A stretch of DNA of 64,000 bases from Auanema rhodensis (Eukaryota > Animalia > Nematoda): NCBI GenBank assembly GCA_964057225.1, contig OZ059899.1, positions 9,858,001-9,922,000 of the forward strand. Direction: 5' to 3'. The position numbers and the translations under genes are program-made. The notes beneath the pieces are model-generated. The model searched no databases and was not told the DNA's origin. It was given only the letters and a program-made list of their open reading frames with translations. Positions 11,642 to 24,162 of this stretch are shown piece by piece (within the stretch, counting starts at the first letter, position 1; each line of letters starts with the position of its first letter).

Positions 11642-12996
11642 TAAATTTTTTTCATTTCACTTGTCATTTATAAAAATCGAATTTATCTTCTTCAACGATT
11701 TGTTTCGCAATGTGTCATAAGAATTTCATAGTTGAACAAAACGTTTTTTAAGAAGTTTTTTTGTTGTCAACATATATATTTTCCTGGAATTCGAAAGCAT
11801 TTGGGATGGAAATTAGAAAGAAAAGAACTAGTTTTTCCTACTTTAAAACAAACAATAAGAAATAAAATGAAAAAGATTGTTAGATATCCAATTTAAACTT
11901 ATACATTTACTTCGATAAAGAGCCTATTAGTTTGAAATTTTATGTCTTACAGTTCTCCAACAGAACAGACTGATCCTGATTTCTCTATGATTACATAAAA
12001 CTCTCGTTTGATATACAAAAAGGAGAGGAATAACGTTTCCAGGATATCAATGATATCGAATCTAGTGATATTGTAGAAAAATGTAATGTCAGCTCCATAG
12101 TTTTTCTCTTAATTTCTCTCATCACAATAGTCTTAGTTTTTTTTCATAAGAGTTTCTGAAATCTTAGTTGAACAAGACAGTATATATTTTTTTCTGGAAT
12201 TCGAAAGCATTTGGGATGGAAATTAGAAAGAAAAGAACTAGTGTTTCCTACTTTAAAACAAACAATAAGAAATAAAATGAAAAAGATTGTTAGATATCCA
12301 ATTTAAACTTATACATTTACTTCGATAAAGAGCCTATTAGTTTGAAATTTTATGTCTTACAGTTCTCCAACAGAACAGACTGATCCTGATTTCTCTATGA
12401 TTACATAAAACTCTCGTTTGATATACAAAAAGGAGAGGAATAACGTTTCCAGGATATCAATGATATCGAATCTAGTGATATTGTAGAAAAATGTAATGTC
12501 AGCTCCATAGTTTTTCTCTTAATTTCTCTCATCACAATAGTCTTAGTTTTTTTTTCATAAGAGTTTCTGAAATCTTAGTTGAACAAGGCAGTATATATTT
12601 TTTTCTGGAATTCGAAAGCATTTGGGATGGAAATTAGAAAGAAAAGAACTAGTTTTTCCTACTTTAAAACAAACAATAAGAAATAAAATGAAAAAGATTG
12701 TTAGATATCCAATTTAAACTTATACATTTACTTCGATAAAGAGCCTATTAGTTTGAAATTTTATGTCTTACAGTTCTCCAACAGAACAGACTGATCCTGA
12801 TTTCTCTATGATTTCATAAAACTCTCGTTTGATATACAAAAAGGAGAGGAATAACGTTTCCAGGATATCAATGATATCGAATCTAGTGATATTGTAGAAA
12901 AATGTAATGTCAGCTCCATAGTTTTTCTCTTAATTTCTCTCATCACAATAGTCTTAGTTTTTTTTCATAAGAGTTTCTGAAATCTTAGTTGAATAA

Positions 12997-13069
12997 GGCC
13001 GCGTGGCGCAATGGATAACGCGTCTGCCTACGGAGCAGAAGATTGTAGGTTCGAATCCTGCCGTGGTCG
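12997..13069 (+). tRNA. tRNA-Arg(ACG)
   Basis: Same sequence as 1019-1091. Confidence 0.95.
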
Positions 13070-13849
13070 TAAATTTTTTTCATTTCACTTGTCATTTATA
13101 AAAATCGAATTTATCTTCTTCAACGATTATTTTTGCAATGTGTCATAAGAATTTCATAGTTGAACAAAACGTTTTTTGAGAAGTTTTTTTGTTGTCAACA
13201 TATATATTTTCCTGGAATTCGAAAGCATTTGGGATGGAAATTAGAAAGAAAAGAACTAGTTTTTTCTACTTTAAAACAAACAATAAGAAATAAAATGAAA
13301 AAGATTGTTAGATATCCAATTTAAACTTATACATTTACTTCGATAAAGAGCCTATTAGTTTGAAATTTTATGTCTTACAGTTCTCCAACAGAACAGACTG
13401 ATCCTGATTTCTCTATGATTACATAAAACTCTCGTTTGATATAAAAGCATATTGGATAGAAATTTCGAAAGCATTTTGGATGAAAATTAGAAAGAAAAGA
13501 ACTAGTTTTTCCTACTTTAAAACAAACAATAAGAAATAAAATGAAAAAGATTGTTAGATATCCAATTTAAACTTATACATTTACTTCGATAAAGAGCCTA
13601 TTAGTTTGAAATTTTATGTCTTACAGTTCTCCAACAGAACAGACTAATCCTGATTTCTCTATGATTACATAAAACTCTCGTTTGATATACAAAAAGGAGA
13701 GGAATAACGTTTCCAGGATATCAATGATATCGAATCTAGTGATATTGTAGAAAAATGTAATGTCAGCTCCATAGTTTTTCTCTTAATTTCTCTCATCACA
13801 ATAGTCTTAGTTTTTTTTCATAAGAGTTTCTGAAATCTTAGTTGAACAA

Positions 13850-13922
13850 GGCCGCGTGGCGCAATGGATAACGCGTCTGCCTACGGAGCAGAAGATTGTA
13901 GGTTCGAATCCTGCCGTGGTCG
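13850..13922 (+). tRNA. tRNA-Arg(ACG)
   Basis: Same sequence as 1019-1091. Confidence 0.95.
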
Positions 13923-14866
13923 TAAATTTTTTTCATTTCACTTGTCATTTATAAAAATCGAATTTATCTTCTTCATCGATTATTTTTGCAATGTGTCATA
14001 AGAATTTCATAGTTGAACAAAACGTTTTTTAAGAAGTTTTTTTGTTGTCAACATATATATTTTCCTGGAATTCGAAAGCATTTGGGATGGAAATTAGAAA
14101 GAAAAGAACTAGTTTTTCCTACTTTAAAACAAACTATGAGAAATAAAATGAAAAAGATTGTTAGATATCCAATTTAAACTTATACATTTACTTCGATAAA
14201 GAGCCTATTAGTTTGAAATTTTATGTCTTACAGTTCTCCAACAGAACAGACTGATCCTGATTTCTCTATGATTACATAAAACTCTCGTTTGATATACAAA
14301 AAGGAGAGAAATAACGTTTCCAGGATATCAATGATATCGAATCTAGTGATATTGTAGAAAAATGTAATGTCAGCTCCATAGTTTTTCTCTTAATTTCTCT
14401 CATCACAATAGTCTTAGTTTTTTTTCATGAGAGTTTCTGAAATCTTAGTTGAACAAGGCAGTATATATTTTTTTCTGGAATTCGAAAGCATTTAGGATGG
14501 AAATTAGAAAGAAAAGAACTAGTTTTTCCTACTTTAAAACAAACAATAAGAAATAAAATGAAAAAGATTGTTAGATATCCAATTTAAACTTATACATTTA
14601 CTTCGATAAAGAGCCTATTAGTTTGAAATTTTATGTCTTACAGTTCTCCAACAGAACAGACTGATCCTGATTTCTCTATGATTACATAAAACTCTCGTTT
14701 GATATACAAAAAGGAGAGAAATAACGTTTCCAGGATATCAATGATATCGAATCTAGTGATATTGTAGAAAAATGTAATGTCAGCTCCATAGTTTTTCTCT
14801 TAATTTCTCTCATCACAATAGTCTTAGTTTTTTTTCATAAGAGTTTCTGAAATCTTAGTTGAATAA

Positions 14867-14939
14867 GGCCGCGTGGCGCAATGGATAACGCGTCTGCCTA
14901 CGGAGCAGAAGATTGTAGGTTCGAATCCTGCCGTGGTCG
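14867..14939 (+). tRNA. tRNA-Arg(ACG)
   Basis: Same sequence as 1019-1091. Confidence 0.95.
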
Positions 14940-15719
14940 TAAATTTTTTTCATTTCACTTGTCATTTATAAAAATCGAATTTATCTTCTTCAACGATTAT
15001 TTTTGCAATGTGTCATAAGAATTTCATAGTTGAACAAAACGTTTTTTGAGAAGTTTTTTTGTTGTCAACATATATATTTTCCTGGAATTCGAAAGCATTT
15101 GGGATGGAAATTAGAAAGAAAAGAACTAGTTTTTTCTACTTTAAAACAAACAATAAGAAATAAAATGAAAAAGATTGTTAGATATCCAATTTAAACTTAT
15201 ACATTTACTTCGATAAAGAGCCTATTAGTTTGAAATTTTATGTCTTACAGTTCTCCAACAGAACAGACTGATCCTGATTTCTCTATGATTACATAAAACT
15301 CTCGTTTGATATAAAAGCATATTGGATAGAAATTTCGAAAGCATTTTGGATGAAAATTAGAAAGAAAAGAACTAGTTTTTCCTACTTTAAAACAAACAAT
15401 AAGAAATAAAATGAAAAAGATTGTTAGATATCCAATTTAAACTTATACATTTACTTCGATAAAGAGCCTATTAGTTTGAAATTTTATGTCTTACAGTTCT
15501 CCAACAGAACAGACTAATCCTGATTTCTCTATGATTACATAAAACTCTCGTTTGATATACAAAAAGGAGAGGAATAACGTTTCCAGGATATCAATGATAT
15601 CGAATCTAGTGATATTGTAGAAAAATGTAATGTCAGCTCCATAGTTTTTCTCTTAATTTCTCTCATCACAATAGTCTTAGTTTTTTTTCATAAGAGTTTC
15701 TGAAATCTTAGTTGAACAA

Positions 15720-15792
15720 GGCCGCGTGGCGCAATGGATAACGCGTCTGCCTACGGAGCAGAAGATTGTAGGTTCGAATCCTGCCGTGGTCG
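15720..15792 (+). tRNA. tRNA-Arg(ACG)
   Basis: Same sequence as 1019-1091. Confidence 0.95.
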
Positions 15793-17146
15793 TAAATTTT
15801 TTTCATTTCACTTGTCATTTATAAAAATCGAATTTATCTTCTTCATCGATTATTTTTGCAATGTGTCATAAGAATTTCATAGTTGAACAAAACGTTTTTT
15901 AAGAAGTTTTTTTGTTGTCAACATATATATTTTCCTGGAATTCGAAAGCATTTGGGATGGAAATTAGAAAGAAAAGAACTAGTTTTTTCTACTTTAAAAC
16001 AAACAATAAGAAATAAAATGAAAAAGATTGTTAGATATCCAATTTAAACTTATACATTTACTTCGATAAAGAGCCTATTAGTTTGAAATTTTATGTCTTA
16101 CAGTTCTCCAACAGAACAGACTGATCCTGATTTCTCTATGATTACATAAAACTCTCGTTTGATATACAAAAAGGAGAGGAATAACGTTTCCAGGATATCA
16201 ATGATATCGAATCTAGTGATATTGTAGAAAAATGTAATGTCAGCTCCATAGTTTTTCTCTTAATTTCTCTCATCACAATAGTCTTAGTTTTTTTTCATGA
16301 GAGTTTCTGAAATCTTAGTTGAACAAGGCAGTATATATTTTTTTCTGGAATTCGAAAGCATTTAGGATGGAAATTAGAAAGAAAAGAACTAGTTTTTCCT
16401 ACTTTAAAACAAACAATAAGAAATAAAATGAAAAAGATTGTTAGATATCCAATTTAAACTTATACATTTACTTCGATAAAGAGCCTATTAGTTTGAAATT
16501 TTATGTCTTACAGTTCTCCAACAGAACAGACTGATCCTGATTTCTCTATGATTACATAAAACTCTCGTTTGATATACAAAAAGGAGAGAAATAACGTTTC
16601 CAGGATATCAATGATATCGAATCTAGTGATATTGTAGAAAAATGTAATGTCAGCTCCATAGTTTTTCTCTTAATTTCTCTCATCACAATAGTCTTAGTTT
16701 TTTTTCATGAGAGTTTCTGAAATCTTAGTTGAACAAGGCAGTATATATTTTTTTCTGGAATTCGAAAGCATTTAGGATGGAAATTAGAAAGAAAAGAACT
16801 AGTTTTTCCTACTTTAAAACAAACAATAAGAAATAAAATGAAAAAGATTGTTAGATATCCAATTTAAACTTATACATTTACTTCGATAAAGAGCCTATTA
16901 GTTTGAAATTTTATGTCTTACAGTTCTCCAACAGAACAGACTGATCCTGATTTCTCTATGATTACATAAAACTCTCGTTTGATATACAAAAAGGAGAGGA
17001 ATAACGTTTCCAGGATATCAATGATATCGAATCTAGTGATATTGTAGAAAAATGTAATGTCAGCTCCATAGTTTTTCTCTTAATTTCTCTCATCACAATA
17101 GTCTTAGTTTTTTTTCATAAGAGTTTCTGAAATCTTAGTTGAACAA

Positions 17147-17219
17147 GGCCGCGTGGCGCAATGGATAACGCGTCTGCCTACGGAGCAGAAGATTGTAGGT
17201 TCGAATCCTGCCGTGGTCG
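17147..17219 (+). tRNA. tRNA-Arg(ACG)
   Basis: Same sequence as 1019-1091. Confidence 0.95.
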
Positions 17220-18573
17220 TAAATTTTTTTCATTTCACTTGTCATTTATAAAAATCGAATTTATCTTCTTCATCGATTATTTTTGCAATGTGTCATAAGA
17301 ATTTCATAGTTGAACAAAACGTTTTTTAAGAAGTTTTTTTGTTGTCAACATATATATTTTCCTGGAATTCGAAAGCATTTGGGATGGAAATTAGAAAGAA
17401 AAGAACTAGTTTTTCCTACTTTAAAACAAACAATGAGAAATAAAATGAAAAAGATTGTTAGATATCCAATTTAAACTTATACATTTACTTCGATAAAGAG
17501 CCTATTAGTTTGAAATTTTATGTCTTACAGTTCTCCAACAGAACAGACTGATCCTGATTTCTCTATGATTACATAAAACTCTCGTTTGATATACAAAAAG
17601 GAGAGAAATAACGTTTCCAGGATATCAATGATATCGAATCTAGTGATATTGTAGAAAAATGTAATGTCAGCTCCATAGTTTTTCTCTTAATTTCTCTCAT
17701 CACAATAGTCTTAGTTTTTTTTCATGAGAGTTTCTGAAATCTTAGTTGAACAAGGCAGTATATATTTTTTTCTGGAATTCGAAAGCATTTAGGATGGAAA
17801 TTAGAAAGAAAAGAACTAGTTTTTCCTACTTTAAAACAAACAATAAGAAATAAAATGAAAAAGATTGTTAGATATCCAATTTAAACTTATACATTTACTT
17901 CGATAAAGAGCCTATTAGTTTGAAATTTTATGTCTTACAGTTCTCCAACAGAACAGACTGATCCTGATTTCTCTATGATTACATAAAACTCTCGTTTGAT
18001 ATACAAAAAGGAGAGAAATAACGTTTCCAGGATATCAATGATATCGAATCTAGTGATATTGTAGAAAAATGTAATGTCAGCTCCATAGTTTTTCTCTTAA
18101 TTTCTCTCATCACAATAGTCTTAGTTTTTTTTCATAAGAGTTTCTGAAATCTTAGTTGAACAAGGCAGTATATATTTTTTTCTGGAATTCGAAAGCATTT
18201 AGGATGGAAATTAGAAAGAAAAGAACTAGTTTTTCCTACTTTAAAACAAACAATAAGAAATAAAATGAAAAAGATTGTTAGATATCCAATTTAAACTTAT
18301 ACATTTACTTCGATAAAGAGCCTATTAGTTTGAAATTTTATGTCTTACAGTTCTCCAACAGAACAGACTGATCCTGATTTCTCTATGATTACATAAAACT
18401 CTCGTTTGATATACAAAAAGGAGAGGAATAACGTTTCCAGGATATCAATGATATCGAATCTAGTGATATTGTAGAAAAATGTAATGTCAGCTCCATAGTT
18501 TTTCTCTTAATTTCTCTCATCACAATAGTCTTAGTTTTTTTTCATAAGAGTTTCTGAAATCTTAGTTGAACAA

Positions 18574-18646
18574 GGCCGCGTGGCGCAATGGATAACGCGT
18601 CTGCCTACGGAGCAGAAGATTGTAGGTTCGAATCCTGCCGTGGTCG
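18574..18646 (+). tRNA. tRNA-Arg(ACG)
   Basis: Same sequence as 1019-1091. Confidence 0.95.
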
Positions 18647-20410
18647 TAAATTTTTTTCATTTCACTTGTCATTTATAAAAATCGAATTTATCTTCTTCAT
18701 CGATTATTTTTGCAATGTGTCATAAGAATTTCATAGTTGAACAAAACGTTTTTCAAGAAGTTTTTTTGTTGTCAACATATATATTTTCCTGGAATTCGAA
18801 AGCATTTGGGATGGAAATTAGAAAGAAAAGAACTAGTTTTTCCTACTTTAAAACAAACAATAAGAAATAAAATGAAAAAGATTGTTAGATATCCAATTTA
18901 AACTTATACATTTACTTCGATAAAGAGCCTATTAGTTTGAAATTTTATGTCTTACAGTTCTCCAACAGAACAGACTGATCCTGATTTCTCTATGATTACA
19001 TAAAACTCTCGTTTGATATACAAAAAGGAGAGAAATAACGTTTCCAGGATATCAATGATATCGAATCTAGTGATATTGTAGAAAAATGTAATGTCAGCTC
19101 CATAGTTTTTCTCTTAATTTCTCTCATCACAATAGTCTTAGTTTTTTTTCATGAGAGTTTCTGAAATCTTAGTTGAACAAGGCAGTATATATTTTTTTCT
19201 GGAATTCGAAAGCATTTAGGATGGAAATTAGAAAGAAAAGAACTAGTTTTTCCTACTTTAAAACAAACAATAAGAAATAAAATGAAAAAGATTGTTAGAT
19301 ATCCAATTTAAACTTATACATTTACTTCGATAAAGAGCCTATTAGTTTGAAATTTTATGTCTTACAGTTCTCCAACAGAACAGACTGATCCTGATTTCTC
19401 TATGATTACATAAAACTCTCGTTTGATATACAAAAAGGAGAGGAATAACGTTTCCAGGATATCAATGATATCGAATCTAGTGATATTGTAGAAAAATGTA
19501 ATGTCAGCTCCATAGTTTTTCTCTTAATTTCTCTCATCACAATAGTCTTAGTTTTTTTTCATAAGAGTTTCTGAAATCTTAGTTGAACAAGGCAGTATAT
19601 ATTTTTTTCTGGAATTCGAAAGCATTTAGGATGGAAATTAGAAAGAAAAGAACTAGTTTTTCCTACTTTAAAACAAACAATAAGAAATAAAATGAAAAAG
19701 ATTGTTAGATATCCAATTTAAACTTATACATTTACTTCGATAAAGAGCCTATTAGTTTGAAATTTTATGTCTTACAGTTCTCCAACAGAACAGACTGATC
19801 CTGATTTCTCTATGATTACATAAAACTCTCGTTTGATATACAAAAAGGAGAGGAATAACGTTTCCAGGATATCAATGATATCGAATCTAGTGATATTGTA
19901 GAAAAATGTAATGTCAGCTCCATAGTTTTTCTCTTAATTTCTCTCATCACAATAGTCTTAGTTTTTTTTCATGAGAGTTTCTGAAATCTTAGTTGAACAA
20001 GGCAGTATATATTTTTTTCTGGAATTCGAAAGCATTTAGGATGGAAATTAGAAAGAAAAGAACTAGTTTTTCCTACTTTAAAACAAACAATAAGAAATAA
20101 AATGAAAAAGATTGTTAGATATCCAATTTAAACTTATACATTTACTTCGATAAAGAGCCTATTAGTTTGAAATTTTATGTCTTACAGTTCTCCAACAGAA
20201 CAGACTGATCCTGATTTCTCTATGATTACATAAAACTCTCGTTTGATATACAAAAAGGAGAGAAATAACGTTTCCAGGATATCAATGATATCGAATCTAG
20301 TGATATTGTAGAAAAATGTAATGTCAGCTCCATAGTTTTTCTCTTAATTTCTCTCATCACAATAGTCTTAGTTTTTTTTCATAAGAGTTTCTGAAATCTT
20401 AGTTGAATAA

Positions 20411-20483
20411 GGCCGCGTGGCGCAATGGATAACGCGTCTGCCTACGGAGCAGAAGATTGTAGGTTCGAATCCTGCCGTGGTCG
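20411..20483 (+). tRNA. tRNA-Arg(ACG)
   Basis: Same sequence as 1019-1091. Confidence 0.95.
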
Positions 20484-21837
20484 TAAATTTTTTTCATTTC
20501 ACTTGTCATTTATAAAAATCGAATTTATCTTCTTCATCGATTATTTTTGCAATGTGTCATAAGAATTTCATAGTTGAACAAAACGTTTTTTAAGAAGTTT
20601 TTTTGTTGTCAACATATATATTTTCCTGGAATTCGAAAGCATTTGGGATGGAAATTAGAAAGAAAAGAACTAGTTTTTTCTACTTTAAAACAAACAATAA
20701 GAAATAAAATGAAAAAGATTGTTAGATATCCAATTTAAACTTATACATTTACTTCGATAAAGAGCCTATTAGTTTGAAATTTTATGTCTTACAGTTCTCC
20801 AACAGAACAGACTGATCCTGATTTCTCTATGATTACATAAAACTCTCGTTTGATATACAAAATAGAGAGGAATAACGTTTCCAGGATATCAATGATATCG
20901 AATCTAGTGATATTGTAGAAAAATGTAATGTCAGCTCCAAAGTTTTTCTCTTAATTTCTCTCATCACAATAGTCTTAGTTTTTTTTCATAAGAGTTTCTG
21001 AAATCTTAGTTGAACAAGGCAGTATATATTTTTTTCTGGAATTCGAAAGCATTTGGGATGGAAATTAGAAAGAAAAGAACTAGTTTTTCCTACTTTAAAA
21101 CAAACAATAAGAAATAAAATGAAAAAGATTGTTAGATATCCAATTTAAACTTATACATTTACTTCGATAAAGAGCCTATTAGTTTGAAATTTTATGTCTT
21201 ACAGTTCTCCAACAGAACAGACTGATCCTGATTTCTCTATGATTACATAAAACTCTCGTTTGATATACAAAAAGGAGAGAAATAACGTTTCCAGGATATC
21301 AATGATATCGAATCTAGTGATATTGTAGAAAAATGTAATGTCAGCTCCATAGTTTTTCTCTTAATTTCTCTCATCACAATAGTCTTAGTTTTTTTTCATG
21401 AGAGTTTCTGAAATCTTAGTTGAACAAGGCAGTATATATTTTTTTCTGGAATTCGAAAGCATTTAGGATGGAAATTAGAAAGAAAAGAACTAGTTTTTCC
21501 TACTTTAAAACAAACAATAAGAAATAAAATGAAAAAGATTGTTAGATATCCAATTTAAACTTATACATTTACTTCGATAAAGAGCCTATTAGTTTGAAAT
21601 TTTATGTCTTACAGTTCTCCAACAGAACAGACTGATCCTGATTTCTCTATGATTACATAAAACTCTCGTTTGATATACAAAAAGGAGAGGAATAACGTTT
21701 CCAGGATATCAATGATATCGAATCTAGTGATATTGTAGAAAAATGTAATGTCAGCTCCATAGTTTTTCTCTTAATTTCTCTCATCACAATAGTCTTAGTT
21801 TTTTTTCATAAGAGTTTCTGAAATCTTAGTTGAACAA

Positions 21838-21910
21838 GGCCGCGTGGCGCAATGGATAACGCGTCTGCCTACGGAGCAGAAGATTGTAGGTTCGAATCCT
21901 GCCGTGGTCG
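21838..21910 (+). tRNA. tRNA-Arg(ACG)
   Basis: Same sequence as 1019-1091. Confidence 0.95.
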
Positions 21911-23182
21911 TAAATTTTTTTCATTTCACTTGTCATTTATAAAAATCGAATTTATCTTCTTCATCGATTATTTTTGCAATGTGTCATAAGAATTTCATAG
22001 TTGAACAAAACGTTTTTTAAGAAGTTTTTTTGTTGTCAACATATATATTTTCCTGGAATTCGAAAGCATTTGGGATGGAAATTAGAAAGAAAAGAACTAG
22101 TTTTTTCTACTTTAAAACAAACAATAAGAAATAAAATGAAAAAGATTGTTAGATATCCAATTTAAACTTATACATTTACTTCGATAAAGAGCCTATTAGT
22201 TTGAAATTTTATGTCTTACAGTTCTCCAACAGAACAGACTGATCCTGATTTCTCTATGATTACATAAAACTCTCGTTTGATATACAAAATAGAGAGGAAT
22301 AACGTTTCCAGGATATCAATGATATCGAATCTAGTGATATTGTAGAAAAATGTAATGTCAGCTCCAAAGTTTTTCTCTTAATTTCTCTCATCACAATAGT
22401 CTTAGTTTTTTTTCATAAGAGTTTCTGAAATCTTAGTTGAACAAGGCAGTATATATTTTTTTCTGGAATTCGAAAGCATTTGGGATGGAAATTAGAAAGA
22501 AAAGAACTAGTTTTTCCTACTTTAAAACAAACAATAAGAAATAAAATGAAAAAGATTGTTAGATATCCAATTTAAACTTATACATTTACTTCGATAAAGA
22601 GCCTATTAGTTTGAAATTTTATGTCTTACAGTTCTCCAACAGAACAGACTGATCCTGATTTCTCTATGATTACATAAAACTCTCGTTTGATATACAAAAA
22701 GGAGAGAAATAACGTTTCCAGGATATCAATGATATCGAATCTAGTGATATTGTAGAAAAATGTAATGTCAGCTCCATAGTTTTTCTCTTAATTTCTCTCA
22801 TCACAATAGTCTTAGTTTTTTTTCATGAGAGTTTCTGAAATCTTAGTTGAACAAGGCAGTATATATTTTTTTCTGGAATTCGAAAGCATTTAGGATGGAA
22901 ATTAGAAAGAAAAGAACTAGTTTTTCCTACTTTAAAACAAACAATAAGAAATAAAATGAAAAAGATTGTTAGATATCCAATTTAAACTTATACATTTACT
23001 TCGATAAAGAGCCTATTAGTTTGAAATTTTATGTCTTACAGTTCTCCAACAGAACAGACTGATCCTGATTTCTCTATGATTACATAAAACTCTCGTTTGA
23101 TATACAAAAAGGAGAGGAATAACGTTTCCAGGATATCAATGATATCGAATCTAGTGATATTGTAGAAAAATGTAATGTCAGC

Positions 23183-23510
23183 CGTTCCATGGTGGTTCCC
23201 CAGGGTTCCGGCTGGGTAACCACATGGAATTACTTTCTTTTCTTCCAAATATAAATGATAAAGAGTATAGAGAGAAAGGTTTATTCATGATAAAGTATAC
23301 AAATCACAATAATAAAAGTTACATAATGATTCCTAGTCGCAGCCCAAAGGACTCGTAAGGAAACCTTATATAGTATTCCTTACGAGCATAAAAAGTGGTT
23401 ATATCAGGTACGCGGAACTTGGTTCCGCTTGAATTGGGCTTTCTTTAATTAAACTTAATATGAAAAAGTGTTCGTTCATTGTTGCATTGAATTCCTGTTT
23501 CTCAAATGTA
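23183..23510 (-). repeat. 3' LTR, lacking its first 85 bp
   Basis: Reads identical to 23973-24300; similarity stops at ctcaaatgta; no polypurine tract on the minus strand before it. Confidence 0.87.
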
Positions 23511-23554
23511 TTTTGATTAAAAAAAACAGAAAAAGAAAAGATTGACAGAAAAAA

Positions 23555-23932
23555 AAAATATCGAAATACCTTTCTTTAAATGAATAAATATAAAAGAATT
23601 TCAAATTATTTTATGATAGTTATAAACAAAGTTTTTCCTCAAAAATGAATGAAAGATCTTAGAATATGGATAAAAATCGAAATGTTTCTTTTAAATGAGT
23701 GAATATAAAATTTCAAAATTAAGTTGTTTCAAAATATATCTTTTTAAATAAATGTATATAAGATTTCAGTATTAATTTATGAATCAAAATCAAAATAAAG
23801 TTCTTTGAATGAATGAAATAAAGAAGAGAAAGATTTCAAATTAAATTCATATAGCATAATCGAAATATAATTCTTTAATTAGATGTATGAAAGACAACAA
23901 AATCAAATTTATGTAGCGAAATATGGTTCTTA
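23555..23932. repeat. Degenerate ~50-70 bp tandem sub-repeats in the element leader
   Basis: Recurring atc(g/a)aaat...ttctttaaatgaat...atttcaaatt-like units beginning near 23560, 23676, 23728, 23788, 23859 and 23915. Confidence 0.65.
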
Positions 23933-23953
23933 GAGATTCGTCGGTTATAGACG

Positions 23954-23972
23954 AATCTCGGTGGAACCTCCA
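23954..23972 (-). promoter_or_regulatory. Primer-binding site for tRNA-Gln
   Basis: Minus strand TGGAGGTTCCACCGAGATT is complementary to the metazoan tRNA-Gln 3' end ...AATCTCGGTGGAACCT+CCA and directly follows the LTR end. Confidence 0.9.
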
Positions 23973-24069
23973 CGTTCCATGGTGGTTCCCCAGGGTTCCG
24001 GCTGGGTAACCACATGGAATTACTTTCTTTTCTTCCAAATATAAATGATAAAGAGTATAGAGAGAAAGG

Positions 24070-24075
24070 TTTATT
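24070..24075 (-). promoter_or_regulatory. Candidate LTR polyadenylation signal AATAAA
   Basis: Plus strand tttatt, about 80 nt downstream of the TATA candidate on the minus strand. Confidence 0.5.
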
Positions 24076-24155
24076 CATGATAAAGTATACAAATCACAAT
24101 AATAAAAGTTACATAATGATTCCTAGTCGCAGCCCAAAGGACTCGTAAGGAAACC

Positions 24156-24162
24156 TTATATA
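24156..24162 (-). promoter_or_regulatory. Candidate LTR TATA box TATATAA
   Basis: Minus strand TATATAAGG in mid-LTR, in the loop of an 11-bp inverted repeat. Confidence 0.5.

Noticed and set aside
23954-23984. A tRNA-Gln gene or permuted tRNA gene
   Set aside because: Only 19 + 11 nt match; no anticodon arm or full D/T arms; encoded CCA and position next to the LTR identify it as a PBS.
23036-24078. 63-70 aa minus-strand ORFs overlapping the LTRs (and their copies at 42-51 kb)
   Set aside because: They run across LTR/satellite or LTR/PBS junctions and show no gag, protease, RT or integrase motifs.
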